Assembly (NCBI GenBank): GCA_963692865.2
Contig: OY843592.1
Span: forward strand, 2,400,001 to 2,464,000
DNA: 64,000 nucleotides
Direction of reading: 5' to 3'
Source of the DNA: a bacterium
GTDB lineage: Bacteria; UBA8248
Position 1 is the first letter of the stretch. Each line of letters starts with the position of its first letter. The translations under genes and the position numbers were made by a program. Of the stretch, positions 9,973-19,114 are shown in pieces. Under the pieces are notes generated by a model. The model did no database searches. It worked only from the letters and a program-made list of their open reading frames with translations, and was not told the DNA's origin.

Positions 9973-10752
9973 GTGGTCGCCATCTTGATCGGCTGCTATC
10001 TCGTAGCGACGCTCACGCACCTCTACCTGCTCTTCACGGGCAGGCCGTCGGGCGTCGTCTACGGCGTCGGAGCGCTGCTCGTGGGGTTCGCGCTTCACAC
10101 CCTCATGCTGGGGGTGAGCTTCGCCTCCGCCACGCCCGAGGGTTGGGGGCCGTGGCTGAGCGGGATGGCGTGGATCATCATCCTGATGTATCTGATCGTC
10201 TACGCGCGCTACCGCGACGTCGCCCTGGGCGGATTCGCCGTGCCGGCGGCGTTCATTCTCGAGGGATACGCAGCCGCTTTTCCCGGCGTGTGGGGCGCGG
10301 GCTCGATCGCCGTGCAGGGCTATCTCCTCAAGGGCCACGCGGTGCTGGCGCTTCTGAGTTGGGCCGCGTTCTTTCTGCTCTTCGCCTCGGCGCTCATGTA
10401 TCTGGTGCAATCCCAGCAGCTCAAATCCCGAAGGCCCAGCGCCTGGCTGCACCGCCTGCCATCGCTCGACATTCTCGACGATCTGAACCACAAGATTCTC
10501 TATTTCGGCTTCGCGTTCCTGACGGCGAGCCTGCTGCTCGGATCGATGTGGGCGAAATCGCGCCACGGCGCCTACTGGAGCCTCGACCCGGTGCGCACCT
10601 GGCCGCTGATACTCATCTGGGGCGCGTACGGACTCCTGCTCGTCTGCCGGCTCACCAGAAGCTGGAAGGGAAAGCGCTCCGCCGTTTTCTCGATGGTGGC
10701 CTTCTTCGCCGCGCTCCTCGCGCTGGTGGTTCATTTCCAGGGAGCGGGTTAG
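9973..10752 (+). CDS. ccsA: CcsA/ResC/HemX-like heme-handling membrane protein
   Basis: Multiple TM helices, 'RLPSLDILDDLN', degenerate WWD region 'GSMWA...YWSLDP'; first gene of hem operon. Confidence 0.75.
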   Translation: MVAILIGCYLVATLTHLYLLFTGRPSGVVYGVGALLVGFALHTLMLGVSFASATPEGWGPWLSGMAWIIILMYLIVYARYRDVALGGFAVPAAFILEGYAAAFPGVWGAGSIAVQGYLLKGHAVLALLSWAAFFLLFASALMYLVQSQQLKSRRPSAWLHRLPSLDILDDLNHKILYFGFAFLTASLLLGSMWAKSRHGAYWSLDPVRTWPLILIWGAYGLLLVCRLTRSWKGKRSAVFSMVAFFAALLALVVHFQGAG

Positions 10753-10755
10753 AAG

Positions 10756-12066
10756 ATGTCCATCATTCTCGCGGGCGTGAGCCATCACAACACGCCGCTC
10801 AGCATTCGCGAGCGCCTCTACTTCCCCGAAGACCACATGGGGGAGTGGCTCGACCGGCTGGCGGGCTACAGCGGGCTGGAGGAGCGCCTCATCCTCTCTA
10901 CCTGCAACCGGGTGGAAGTCTACAGCGCGGCGGAAGATTTCGAGGTGGGGCTCGACGCGATCCACCGCTTCTTCCTGGAATCGCGCGACGTCGGCCCGGA
11001 TGAGCTGAACGCCCACCTCTACGTTCACCGGGAGGACGAGGCCACGCGCCACCTGTTCACCGTGGCGTCGAGCCTCGATTCCATGGTAGTCGGCGAACCG
11101 CAGATTCTGGGGCAGGTGAAAGAAGCCTACCGGGTCGCTCACGCCTCGGGCCACGCCGGCAAGGCGCTCACGAACCTCTTCTCCCGCGCGTTTCGCGTGG
11201 CGAAGAAGATTCGCGAGCAGACGCCGATTGGCGAGTCGCCCGTATCGGTGAGTTCCGTGGCCGTGGACTTGGCGAAAAGGATATTCGGCTCTCTCGGGGG
11301 CAAGAACGTGCTCCTGCTCGGCGCGGGCGAGATGGGCGAGGCGGCGGCGCGGCACTTAAAGGCGAGCGGGGCCGACACCCTTCGCGTGGCGAACAGGACG
11401 CTCGCGCGCGCTCAGGAGCTGGCTTCCAGGCTCAAGGGCCGCGCCGTGAGTTTCGACAATCTCGAAGGAGCGCTCATCGACGCCGACGTCGTCATCGCTT
11501 CGACTTCCTCGCAGGGCTTCGTTCTCGACAAGCCGACCGTGGCGGCCGCTCTGGAGCAGCGCCGCGGCGCGCCGGTCTTTCTCATCGACATCGCCGTGCC
11601 GAGGAACGTGGCCCCCGACGTGAACGACCTGGAAGACGCCTATCTCTACGACGTGGACGATCTCCAGTCCGTCGCGGCGGACAACCTGCGGGGGCGCGAG
11701 GAGGTCGCCCGCGACGCGCGCGCGATACTGGAAACAGAAGTGGAGACCTATCTCGCCCGCCAGAAGGCGGAGGAGCTCAGGCATACCTTCGCGGCCATAC
11801 GCTTCTTCGCGGAGTCGATGCGCGAGGCGGAAGTCGAAAAAACTTTTCAAAGACTGCCCGAACTGGGCGAGGGCGGCCGCGATGCGCTCGACGCCATGAC
11901 GAAGGCGCTGGTCAACAAGCTCCTCCACCATCCCTTCGCCGTCCTGCGCCAAATGGCGGATGAGGACGTGGAAGGGATTTCGGTCGAATCCGTCCAGAAG
12001 CTCTTCGGCGTGGAGTCCGAGAGCGATGAAGATCCTCCCGAAGCGTCAGCAGAAGAATCGGACTGA
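10756..12066 (+). CDS. hemA: Glutamyl-tRNA reductase
   Basis: 'ILSTCNRVEVY', 'SLDSMVVGEPQILGQVK', 'GAGEMG', 'DIAVPRN'. Confidence 0.98.
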   Translation: MSIILAGVSHHNTPLSIRERLYFPEDHMGEWLDRLAGYSGLEERLILSTCNRVEVYSAAEDFEVGLDAIHRFFLESRDVGPDELNAHLYVHREDEATRHLFTVASSLDSMVVGEPQILGQVKEAYRVAHASGHAGKALTNLFSRAFRVAKKIREQTPIGESPVSVSSVAVDLAKRIFGSLGGKNVLLLGAGEMGEAAARHLKASGADTLRVANRTLARAQELASRLKGRAVSFDNLEGALIDADVVIASTSSQGFVLDKPTVAAALEQRRGAPVFLIDIAVPRNVAPDVNDLEDAYLYDVDDLQSVAADNLRGREEVARDARAILETEVETYLARQKAEELRHTFAAIRFFAESMREAEVEKTFQRLPELGEGGRDALDAMTKALVNKLLHHPFAVLRQMADEDVEGISVESVQKLFGVESESDEDPPEASAEESD

Positions 12067-12069
12067 ACC

Positions 12070-12990
12070 ATGAGCGAAACGCTGCGCTTAGGCTCCCGGG
12101 GTAGCGCGCTGGCGCGCGCGCAGACGGCTCTGGTGGCCTCGCAAGTGGAGGAGTTGAACCCGGGCCTCGTCGTGGAGGAAGTCATCGTCCGCACGCGGGG
12201 AGACGCCTTGCTCGGCTCCCCGATCCACGAACTCGGCGGCAAGGGGCTTTTCGTCAAGGAGATCGAAGACGCCCTGCTGCGAGGCGAAATCGACGCCGCC
12301 GTCCATAGCCTGAAGGACCTGCCGAGCGAACTGCCCGAAGGCCTCATCCTGGCCTCGATACCCGAACGGGAAGAACCCTGGGACGCCCTGGTTTCGCGGG
12401 GCGGGGAATCGATCCGCGGCCTGGCGCCGGGCGGCAGAATCGGCACGAGCAGCCTGAGGCGCATCGCGCAGATAAGGCGCTACCGGAGCGATCTGGAGAT
12501 TGTGGAACTGCGCGGAAACGTGGACACGCGCCTCGAGAAAGTGGCGGCGGGCGAGGTCGAGGCCGCGGTTCTCGCCTTGGCGGGTCTCAAGCGGCTGGGG
12601 CTGGAGGAGCGGGCGACCGAATCGCTTGCGCCCGAACTCATGCTGCCCGCCGCGGGGCAGGGCGCGCTCGCGGTCGAGACGCGGGAGGATGATGCGGCGG
12701 CGCGACGCCTCGTTGGATATCTCGATCATCCGGAGACGAGACGCGCCGTGATGGCCGAGCGGGCCGTGATGGCGCGCCTGGAGGGAGGATGCCAGTTGCC
12801 TCTCGCCGTCTTCGCGGAGAATCGGAAAAACGGGTTTCTCATCAAAGCCCGCCTCGCGAGCGTGGACGGCGAGCGGATGGTGGAGAAAGAACGAACGGGC
12901 CGGCCTGATGACGCCATGCGTTTGGCCGAAGACCTTGCAGAGGACGTTCTCGCAAGCGGCGGCGCGGAGATATTGAGGGACGCGCGATGA
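12070..12990 (+). CDS. hemC: Hydroxymethylbilane synthase (porphobilinogen deaminase)
   Basis: 'GSRGSALARAQ', 'GGKGLFVKE', 'AVHSLKD', 'GTSSLRR', 'LEGGCQLP'. Confidence 0.98.
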   Translation: MSETLRLGSRGSALARAQTALVASQVEELNPGLVVEEVIVRTRGDALLGSPIHELGGKGLFVKEIEDALLRGEIDAAVHSLKDLPSELPEGLILASIPEREEPWDALVSRGGESIRGLAPGGRIGTSSLRRIAQIRRYRSDLEIVELRGNVDTRLEKVAAGEVEAAVLALAGLKRLGLEERATESLAPELMLPAAGQGALAVETREDDAAARRLVGYLDHPETRRAVMAERAVMARLEGGCQLPLAVFAENRKNGFLIKARLASVDGERMVEKERTGRPDDAMRLAEDLAEDVLASGGAEILRDAR

Positions 12991-13826
12991 GTGACTCCCG
13001 AAGCCGGGGAGCAGACGCGCGTCCTCTCGCAGGCAAGACAATCCTCGTCACGCGCCCCGAGCAGGGGGCCTCGCGCATGGGCGAGACGCTTTCGGACCTG
13101 GGCGCCTGCGTGCGTCTCGCGCCCATGATACGAATTACGGAGCCTGAAGATTGGGCACCGGTGGATGCGGCGATTCGCGCGCTGGATGAATATCAGCGGA
13201 TAATCTTCACGAGCGCGAACGGACCGAAATATCTGGCGAAAAGGCTCGGCGATCTCGGCGCTGCGCCAGAGGCGATCCCCACGGAAACGTCGATCCTGGC
13301 CGTCGGGCCCGCCACGGCCGCCGCTGTGGAGAAATATCTGGGTAGGACGCCCGATATGGTGGCCGGAACATACGCGGCGGAGGGCGTCGTCGCGCTCTTT
13401 CAGGATCAGGATATGGCCGGGGAGCGCGTCCTGCTGGCGCGGGCGAAAGAGGGGAGAGACGCCATCCCGAAAGCGCTCACGGAAATGGAGGCCTTCGTTG
13501 ATGACGTGGCCGTCTACCGGACGACGCCGCTGGGGCGCGAGGCGCTGCGCGAGGTGCGGGGAGAGCTTGAAGCCGGAAAAATTGATATGCTTACCTTCAC
13601 GAGTTCCTCCGCGCTCGACGGCTTCATGCGGGCGGCGGGCGAGGGGGGGGCGAAAAAATGGATGCAGCGCGCGCGCGTGGCCTCCATCGGCCCTGCGACA
13701 ACCGCCGCGGCGCGCGAGTGGGGCGTCGAGCCGGACGTGGAGGCCGCCGAATCGACGATTCCCGGCCTGACGAGGGCAATCGTCTCATTTTACGAAGAAC
13801 CGGAGCGGGGCGAGCGCGCCTCATGA
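12987..13826 (+). CDS. hemD: Uroporphyrinogen-III synthase
   Basis: 'ILVTRP', 'IFTSANG', 'AVGPATA', 'VYRT', 'FTSSS', 'SIGPATT'. Confidence 0.93.
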   Translation: MSDSRSRGADARPLAGKTILVTRPEQGASRMGETLSDLGACVRLAPMIRITEPEDWAPVDAAIRALDEYQRIIFTSANGPKYLAKRLGDLGAAPEAIPTETSILAVGPATAAAVEKYLGRTPDMVAGTYAAEGVVALFQDQDMAGERVLLARAKEGRDAIPKALTEMEAFVDDVAVYRTTPLGREALREVRGELEAGKIDMLTFTSSSALDGFMRAAGEGGAKKWMQRARVASIGPATTAAAREWGVEPDVEAAESTIPGLTRAIVSFYEEPERGERAS

Positions 13827-13842
13827 AAGGGAGTATGACCCG

Positions 13843-14880
13843 ATGACGAGCAACGACGCCTTCACCCTCCCGGCGACCGGGAGCGACGTGAAGAACCGCA
13901 CCAGGCGCACGCGGGAGACGGCCGCCATGCGCCGCATGGTGCGCGAGACGCATCTTTCGGTGGACAACCTCATCTACCCGATGTTCGTGGTCGAGGGCGA
14001 GAACGTCAAGAGCGAAATTTCCTCCATGCCCGGACAATACCAGCTCTCCGTCGACAGGCTGGTGGCCGATTGCGCGGAAATCGTTGCCCTCGACATACCC
14101 GGCGTCATCCTGTTCGGGATTCCCGATCACAAGGACGGCATCGCGAGCGGGGCATACGCGGAAGACGGCGTGGTGCAGAACGCGGTGCGCGCGCTCAAGG
14201 AGGCCTGGCCCGAGCTTTGCGTCATCACGGACGTCTGTCTTTGCGAATACATGGACCACGGCCACTGCGGCATCATCGAGGGCGAGAAGGTATTGAACGA
14301 CCCCACGCTCGAGCTTCTCGACCGGACGGCGGTGAGCCACGCGGAGGCGGGGGCCGACATCATCGCCCCGTCGGACATGATGGACGGCCGGGTCGGCACG
14401 ATCCGCGCGGCCCTGGATGCAGGCGGGTTCGCGCAGACGCCCATCATGGCTTATTCGTCAAAGTTCGCGAGCGCCTTCTACGGGCCGTTCCGAGAGGCGG
14501 CGGAGAGCGCGCCCGCCTTCGGGGACAGGAGTTCCTACCAGATGGACCCGGCCAACGCGCGCGAGGCGGTGCGCGAGATAAGGCTCGACGTTGAGGAGGG
14601 GGCGGACATCGTGATGGTGAAGCCCGCGCTCGTCTATCTCGACGTCATCGCCAGGGCGCGCGAGATCACGGACCTTCCCGTCGCCGCCTACAACGTATCG
14701 GGCGAATTCGCCATGCTGGCGGCGGCCTGCCGCAACGGTTGGATCGACCCCGAGCGCGCTTTCATGGAAACGCTCACCTCCATCCGCCGCGCGGGCGCGG
14801 ACATCATTCTCACCTACTTCGCCAAGGACGCCGCGAGAAGACTCCGGGGGGACGAGGCGACGCCGCTTTCGTGGATGTAG
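13843..14880 (+). CDS. hemB: Porphobilinogen synthase (ALA dehydratase), Zn-type
   Basis: '[14 protein letters not shown]', 'PSDMMDGR', 'FYGPFREA', 'MVKPA', 'YNVSGE'. Confidence 0.98.
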   Translation: MTSNDAFTLPATGSDVKNRTRRTRETAAMRRMVRETHLSVDNLIYPMFVVEGENVKSEISSMPGQYQLSVDRLVADCAEIVALDIPGVILFGIPDHKDGIASGAYAEDGVVQNAVRALKEAWPELCVITDVCLCEYMDHGHCGIIEGEKVLNDPTLELLDRTAVSHAEAGADIIAPSDMMDGRVGTIRAALDAGGFAQTPIMAYSSKFASAFYGPFREAAESAPAFGDRSSYQMDPANAREAVREIRLDVEEGADIVMVKPALVYLDVIARAREITDLPVAAYNVSGEFAMLAAACRNGWIDPERAFMETLTSIRRAGADIILTYFAKDAARRLRGDEATPLSWM

Positions 14881-15029
14881 GGAGAGTTCTGACAAGTTAG
14901 AAAATCGACCTGTCTCGCGATGGAGTATATCGTCGGTTTATGAGTTGAACTGTCGAACCCCACGAGTCGATATCGGACCCATGCCAACCGCCTCGGCGTA
15001 TTCGCCTCACAGAAAGAAATGGTGGCGCA

Positions 15030-15227
15030 ATGGGCAAGAAAAAGACGGAACAAAAAGTGATTGTCGTGCAACCAGGGATTCTGAACCACGCCGACGCGGA
15101 CAGGTTCGAGAAGGCGTGTGAGAGATACCTCAAGAAAGTCACGAAATCGAAAAAAACCGCGAGGGAGGCTCTTGTCAGGTTGGGGACCCACACGCCCGAC
15201 GGACAACTAACCGAACGATTCAGGTAG
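15030..15227 (+). CDS. Small basic hypothetical protein, probable antitoxin/partner of the downstream truncated gene
   Basis: 65 aa ending 'SKKTAREALVRLGTHTPDGQLTERFR'; ends 3 nt before the 'FVLGYHGC' gene remnant. Confidence 0.6.
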   Translation: MGKKKTEQKVIVVQPGILNHADADRFEKACERYLKKVTKSKKTAREALVRLGTHTPDGQLTERFR

Positions 15228-15230
15228 AAA

Positions 15231-15290
15231 TTGCACCGCCTGACGACGACTTTCGTGCTCGGGTATCACGGGTGCGGAATTGGTCTTTGA
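15231..15290 (+). pseudogene. 5' remnant of a 'GYHG' ADP-ribosyltransferase-fold-like gene
   Basis: TTG-start peptide MHRLTTTFVLGYHGC, then a stop after 19 codons, just before the repeat cluster. Confidence 0.55.
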
Positions 15291-15320
15291 ACAGCACTAC
15301 CAACCGACGAGAGAGAAGAG

Positions 15321-15960
15321 AACCACTCCCCCCTTGAGGGAGTTGTTGAAAAACCTATTCCTCTCGCATCAACCACGTTTTACCCGTAGGTCGGACATAT
15401 ATGTCCGACATATTATGCGACCCGGCCTTTTCGCTCTTCCGATGGCGGGCCGCATAATATGCGCCCCCTACGAAACCAACCCCCTTACCCCCCTTTGTCG
15501 GGGGTCAATTTCGAGCGATGAGCGAGAAATTGCGTACCGATGTGTTTCTCATCAATGGTTTATGCAAACGCTCGTTCCTCGGGGCTGTTGAAAAAGTCCA
15601 GAGAAGGAGCGCACTAACTTTCACTCCCCCCTTAAGGGGATTTGTTGAAAAAACCCGATATGGGAGAATTTGCCGTCATTCCGGCGTCATCATCGTTTTG
15701 TTGTAGGTCGGACATATATGTCCGACATAGTATGCGACCCGGATTTTCACGCCTCCTGCGAACGGGCCGCATACTATGCGGCCCCTACACATCCCCCCGC
15801 ATGGCGACCGTAGGGGCAGTTCGCGAACTGTGGGACAACCCCGAGGAGGGGTTGTCACTACAAAACCATCGTCCCCCCACCGGTTCAGCCTTCGCGCAAT
15901 TCGCTCGGCTTCACCGTTGGGCTTTCCCCTCGGGAAGCCCAACCCTCAAGGGGGGAGTGA
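15321..15960. repeat. Nested cluster of REP/REPIN and MITE-like repeats
   Basis: Two 86-bp GTAGG...CCTAC units (15386-15471, 15703-15788); CACTCCCCCCTT.AGGG arms at ~15324 and ~15622 with the inverse CCCTCAAGGGGGGAGTG at 15943; TGTTGAAAAA at 15344, 15586, 15643; CGTCATTCCGGC at 15674. Confidence 0.8.
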
Positions 15961-16315
15961 TGTCTCCTCTCTCACCGGTTGGTTCTATAGGATGAATTGC
16001 AATTCAGGGGGTTTTATATCACGACCCCTGCGGTCGTCGGGGCGATCGGCAACTTAAAACCCTGTCTTGATTCGTCTCGCCATTACTCCTCCTTGCGGTT
16101 CCGTCTAAAGCATAAAATACTTGTAATCGCACAGCATGATTTCTTTGCAGGAGCACGAATGAACGTGGAGGCTCCATCTTGATATTCCACGCTCATCTCA
16201 CCACCCCATCCGCCCCCCTTGCGCATCGCTTCGCCTTGGCGTTATGGTGAGGGCGCAAACAAACTGGACAAACGGAATTTTTCTTTCCTTACACTGCAGC
16301 AGGAGGAATCGGGGA

Positions 16316-17506
16316 ATGTCGGATAAAGACGTCGTTTTTCTGGGCGGAGCGCGGACGCCGTTCGGCGGTTTTCTGGGCACCTTGAAGGAGATGTCGGCGA
16401 CGGAACTGGGCGCGCTGGCGGCGAAAGAGGCGATGTCGCGCTCGGGCGTCACGCCCGAGGACATCGACCACACCGTGGTGGGCAACGTCATCCAGTCGAA
16501 CTCCGACGGCGTCTACATCGGCAGGCACGTCGCGCTTGCGGCGGGCGTCCCGCTGGAGCGGCCCGGCTACTGCGTGAACCGCATGTGCGCCTCGGGCTTC
16601 CAGGCGGTGGTGAGCGGGGCGAAGGAGATCATGACCGAAGACGCCGACGTGGTGCTCGCCGTGGGGGCGGAGAACATGAGCCTCACGCCGCACGTCATCA
16701 GGAATTCGCGGACCGGGATGAAGCTCTTCCAGGCCCCGATGGAGGACGGCCTCTACACGGCGCTCACCGACACCATGGCGAACGTGCCGATGGGCATCAC
16801 GGCGGAGAACCTGGCGGAAAAATACGACCTGCACCGGGAAGGGGTGGACGAGTTCGCCGCACTATCGCAGGCGCGCGCGCACGACGCGTGGGAGAGCGGG
16901 CGGCTGGCTGAGGAGTGCTTCGCGGTCGAGGTTAAGGAGCGCAGGAAGACGATCACCCTCGAGCGCGACGAGCACCCCCGCGCGGACTCGAACGAGGAAT
17001 CGCTCGCGCGGCTCCGGCCCGCCTTCAAGGAGGACGGCGTGGTGACGGCGGGCAACGCGAGCGGCATCAACGACGGAGCGGCGGCGCTTGTCATATCTTC
17101 GAGAGCGGCGGCCGAACGCCTGGACCGGAAACCCGTCGGGCGGCTCGTCTCCTGGGGCGTTTCGGGGTGCGACCCCAAGATCATGGGCATCGGGCCTGCT
17201 GAGAGCAGCCGCATCGCGCTCAAAAAGGCGGGGCTCCAACTCGACGACATGGACCTGATCGAGATAAACGAGGCGTTCTCGGCCCAGTATCTCGCGGTGG
17301 AGAAGGAACTCGGCCTCGACCGCGAGAAGACGAACGTGAACGGCGGCGCCATCGCCATCGGCCACCCCGTGGGCGCGAGCGGGGCGAGGCTGACCCTCAC
17401 CATCCTGCACGAGCTCAGGCGCCGGGGCGGGAAGTACGGCCTCGCCGGCGCGTGCATCGGCGGCGGCATGGGGCTTTCGGTGATCGTCGAGGCGTATGGG
17501 GCGTAA
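16316..17506 (+). CDS. Acetyl-CoA C-acyltransferase (thiolase)
   Basis: 'VNRMCASG', 'TAGNASGINDGAAA', 'EINEAF', 'GHPVGASG', 'CIGGGMG'; AGGAGG RBS. Confidence 0.96.
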   Translation: MSDKDVVFLGGARTPFGGFLGTLKEMSATELGALAAKEAMSRSGVTPEDIDHTVVGNVIQSNSDGVYIGRHVALAAGVPLERPGYCVNRMCASGFQAVVSGAKEIMTEDADVVLAVGAENMSLTPHVIRNSRTGMKLFQAPMEDGLYTALTDTMANVPMGITAENLAEKYDLHREGVDEFAALSQARAHDAWESGRLAEECFAVEVKERRKTITLERDEHPRADSNEESLARLRPAFKEDGVVTAGNASGINDGAAALVISSRAAAERLDRKPVGRLVSWGVSGCDPKIMGIGPAESSRIALKKAGLQLDDMDLIEINEAFSAQYLAVEKELGLDREKTNVNGGAIAIGHPVGASGARLTLTILHELRRRGGKYGLAGACIGGGMGLSVIVEAYGA

Positions 17507-17570
17507 TACCGGCAGACGGGTCATGTAAGCGCATGGGACCCGGCCTTTTGCACCAAAATCCGCCCGGCGG
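17363..17570 (+). repeat. 208-bp direct repeat, copy 1 (thiolase 3' end plus downstream 64 bp)
   Basis: Near-identical, ungapped match to 18907-19114 (offset 1544). Confidence 0.95.
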
Positions 17571-17674
17571 TGGGAGGAGACCCATAACGCCGCCGGCGGT
17601 TGGAACCGGCTGCATGTGGCGCCGACCCGAAAACGGCGCGCATGCGATTTGCTTCATGCACACGAGGATGAAGC

Positions 17675-17868
17675 ATGGCGCGGCGCAACGCGAGGGCGCG
17701 GCGGCAGGTGGGAAATTGCGCGCACGAGGGCAAGGAGCGCGTAAACAACCCGCACGTCAACCAGATTACCCCAGACGCGGACCGGGATGCGGGCGCGAAG
17801 ACCCGGGCGCACGACCCGCACATCGCCCCCATCTCTCATGGGCGGGCAAGGTTGAGCACACGTCGTCC
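17675..17868 (+). pseudogene. N-terminal remnant of a type III restriction-modification Mod (DNA methyltransferase) gene
   Basis: 'HEGKERVNNP...TPDADRDAGAKT.AHDPHI' continues as 'PHLSWAGKVEHTS' after a 1-nt deletion at ~17825, resembling the 'KERVNNP...YDPHLDPQLxWAGKAExTSF' N-terminus of these Mod proteins; catalytic motifs absent. Confidence 0.65.
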
Positions 17869-18054
17869 GGCGCCGGGCGCAAAGACCTGGCGGCGACCCA
17901 GGATTCCGTCCAAACCCATAACCCCCACCCCACCAACTGGTACACCGACGCGGACTTTATTCGACTTCCGCCTCGTGGTGTAATGCGCCCAAGTGGACGC
18001 ATTTTGCGACTCCAGAGAGAAGAGCCGCCAAGCCGGAGAGGGGGGAGTGAAACC

Positions 18055-18366
18055 GTGAACGCGAACGTTTCGATCCCGCAGGAGGAAATCGCGGCGTTTT
18101 GCGAACGCTGGGGCGTCATAGAGTTCGCGCTGTTCGGCTCGGTGCTCAGAGACGATTTCACCGACGAGAGCGACGTCGACGTGTTGATTGAATTCACAGA
18201 CGGGCCGACTCCCGGTCTATTCGGGTTCGTCAGGATGGCCGATGAACTGGAGGAGTTGTTCGGCCGCAAGGTGGACCTGGTGACCCGGGGCGCCGTGGAG
18301 AACAGCCGGAACCCCAACCGCCGAAAGTCGGTGCTCGAATCCGCGCAGGTGGTCTATGCGGCGTGA
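18055..18366 (+). CDS. Minimal nucleotidyltransferase (MNT/MntA-type antitoxin)
   Basis: 'LFGSVLRDDFTDESDVDVL' (GSX10DXD), 'LEELFGRKVDLV'; GTG start after GGGGGAG. Confidence 0.92.
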   Translation: MNANVSIPQEEIAAFCERWGVIEFALFGSVLRDDFTDESDVDVLIEFTDGPTPGLFGFVRMADELEELFGRKVDLVTRGAVENSRNPNRRKSVLESAQVVYAA

Positions 18367-18697
18367 CGACGATTATCTGCGTGACGTTCCTGTGGCGGCG
18401 CGTGAAGCGCTGGAATTGACACGGGGGCTGTCATACGCCGATTTCGCGCGGGACCGCCGAACTCAGCACGCCGTTCTCAGGTTGTTGGGAATCATCGGAG
18501 AAGCGGCCTCCCGCCTGAGCGTCGAAACGAGAGAGAAGCATCCTGATATCCCGTGGGGTGAGATTACGGGAATGCGCAACCGCCTCGTTCACGCCTATTT
18601 CGATGTCGATCTGCGCCTCGTATGGGATACGCTGCGTGATGACCTTCCGCCGCTGATCAATCAACTGGGGCGCCTCGCGCCGCCGGAGCAGGAATAG
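18356..18697 (+). CDS. HEPN/DUF86 (HepT-type) ribonuclease toxin
   Basis: 'LGIIGEAA', 'IPW', 'MRNRLVHAYFDVD' (RX4HXY); overlaps the MNT gene. Confidence 0.92.
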   Translation: MRRDDDYLRDVPVAAREALELTRGLSYADFARDRRTQHAVLRLLGIIGEAASRLSVETREKHPDIPWGEITGMRNRLVHAYFDVDLRLVWDTLRDDLPPLINQLGRLAPPEQE

Positions 18698-18825
18698 TGG
18701 CCCGCGCGACCATCGACCGGCTGATCATCAATTCCCCGTGCGATGAGCCCGCGCGCCATTGGCGTTATGGCAGGGTGTCGTGCGCGTTTGACCTCGCCGA
18801 AGGCCGCAGGCCTGCCGATGTCTGA
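18697..18825 (+). pseudogene. N-terminal remnant of a type III restriction Res subunit (BPTD_3080-like)
   Basis: GTG overlapping the HEPN stop gives MARATIDRLIINSPCDEPARHWRY...FDLAEGRRPA, then TGA; resembles the 'IINSPYEEPxRHW...EGRRPAGY' N-terminus of this family. Confidence 0.7.
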
Positions 18826-18906
18826 AAAATTCTCGCTCGCCACGCTCGCGGCGATGGTTGAGGAAGACGGCGGTCTTGATTCGCCGCCCATGCTGTGCCA
18901 CTCTGA

Positions 18907-19114
18907 CACCCCGTGGGCGCGAGCGGGGCGAGGCTCACCCTCACCATCCTGCACGAGCTCAGGCGCCGGGGCGGGAAGTACGGCCTGGCGGGCGCGCGCA
19001 TCGGCGGCGGCATGGGGCTTTCGGTGATCGTCGATGCGTACGGGGCGTAATACCGGCAGACGGGTCATGTAGACGCATGGGACCCGGCCTTTCGCACCAA
19101 AATCCGCCCGGCGG
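18907..19114 (+). repeat. 208-bp direct repeat, copy 2 (orphan thiolase 3' end)
   Basis: Duplicate of 17363-17570 with scattered substitutions, including catalytic Cys TGC->CGC. Confidence 0.95.

Noticed and set aside
15321-15960. Possible CRISPR array
   Set aside because: Only two long units with irregular spacing, internal palindromes typical of REP/REPIN elements, and no cas genes.
17452-18054. N-terminal 200-aa extension of the MNT ORF as a fusion protein
   Set aside because: The frame runs through the repeat and the Mod remnant; a good RBS and GTG at 18055 give a normal-sized MNT.
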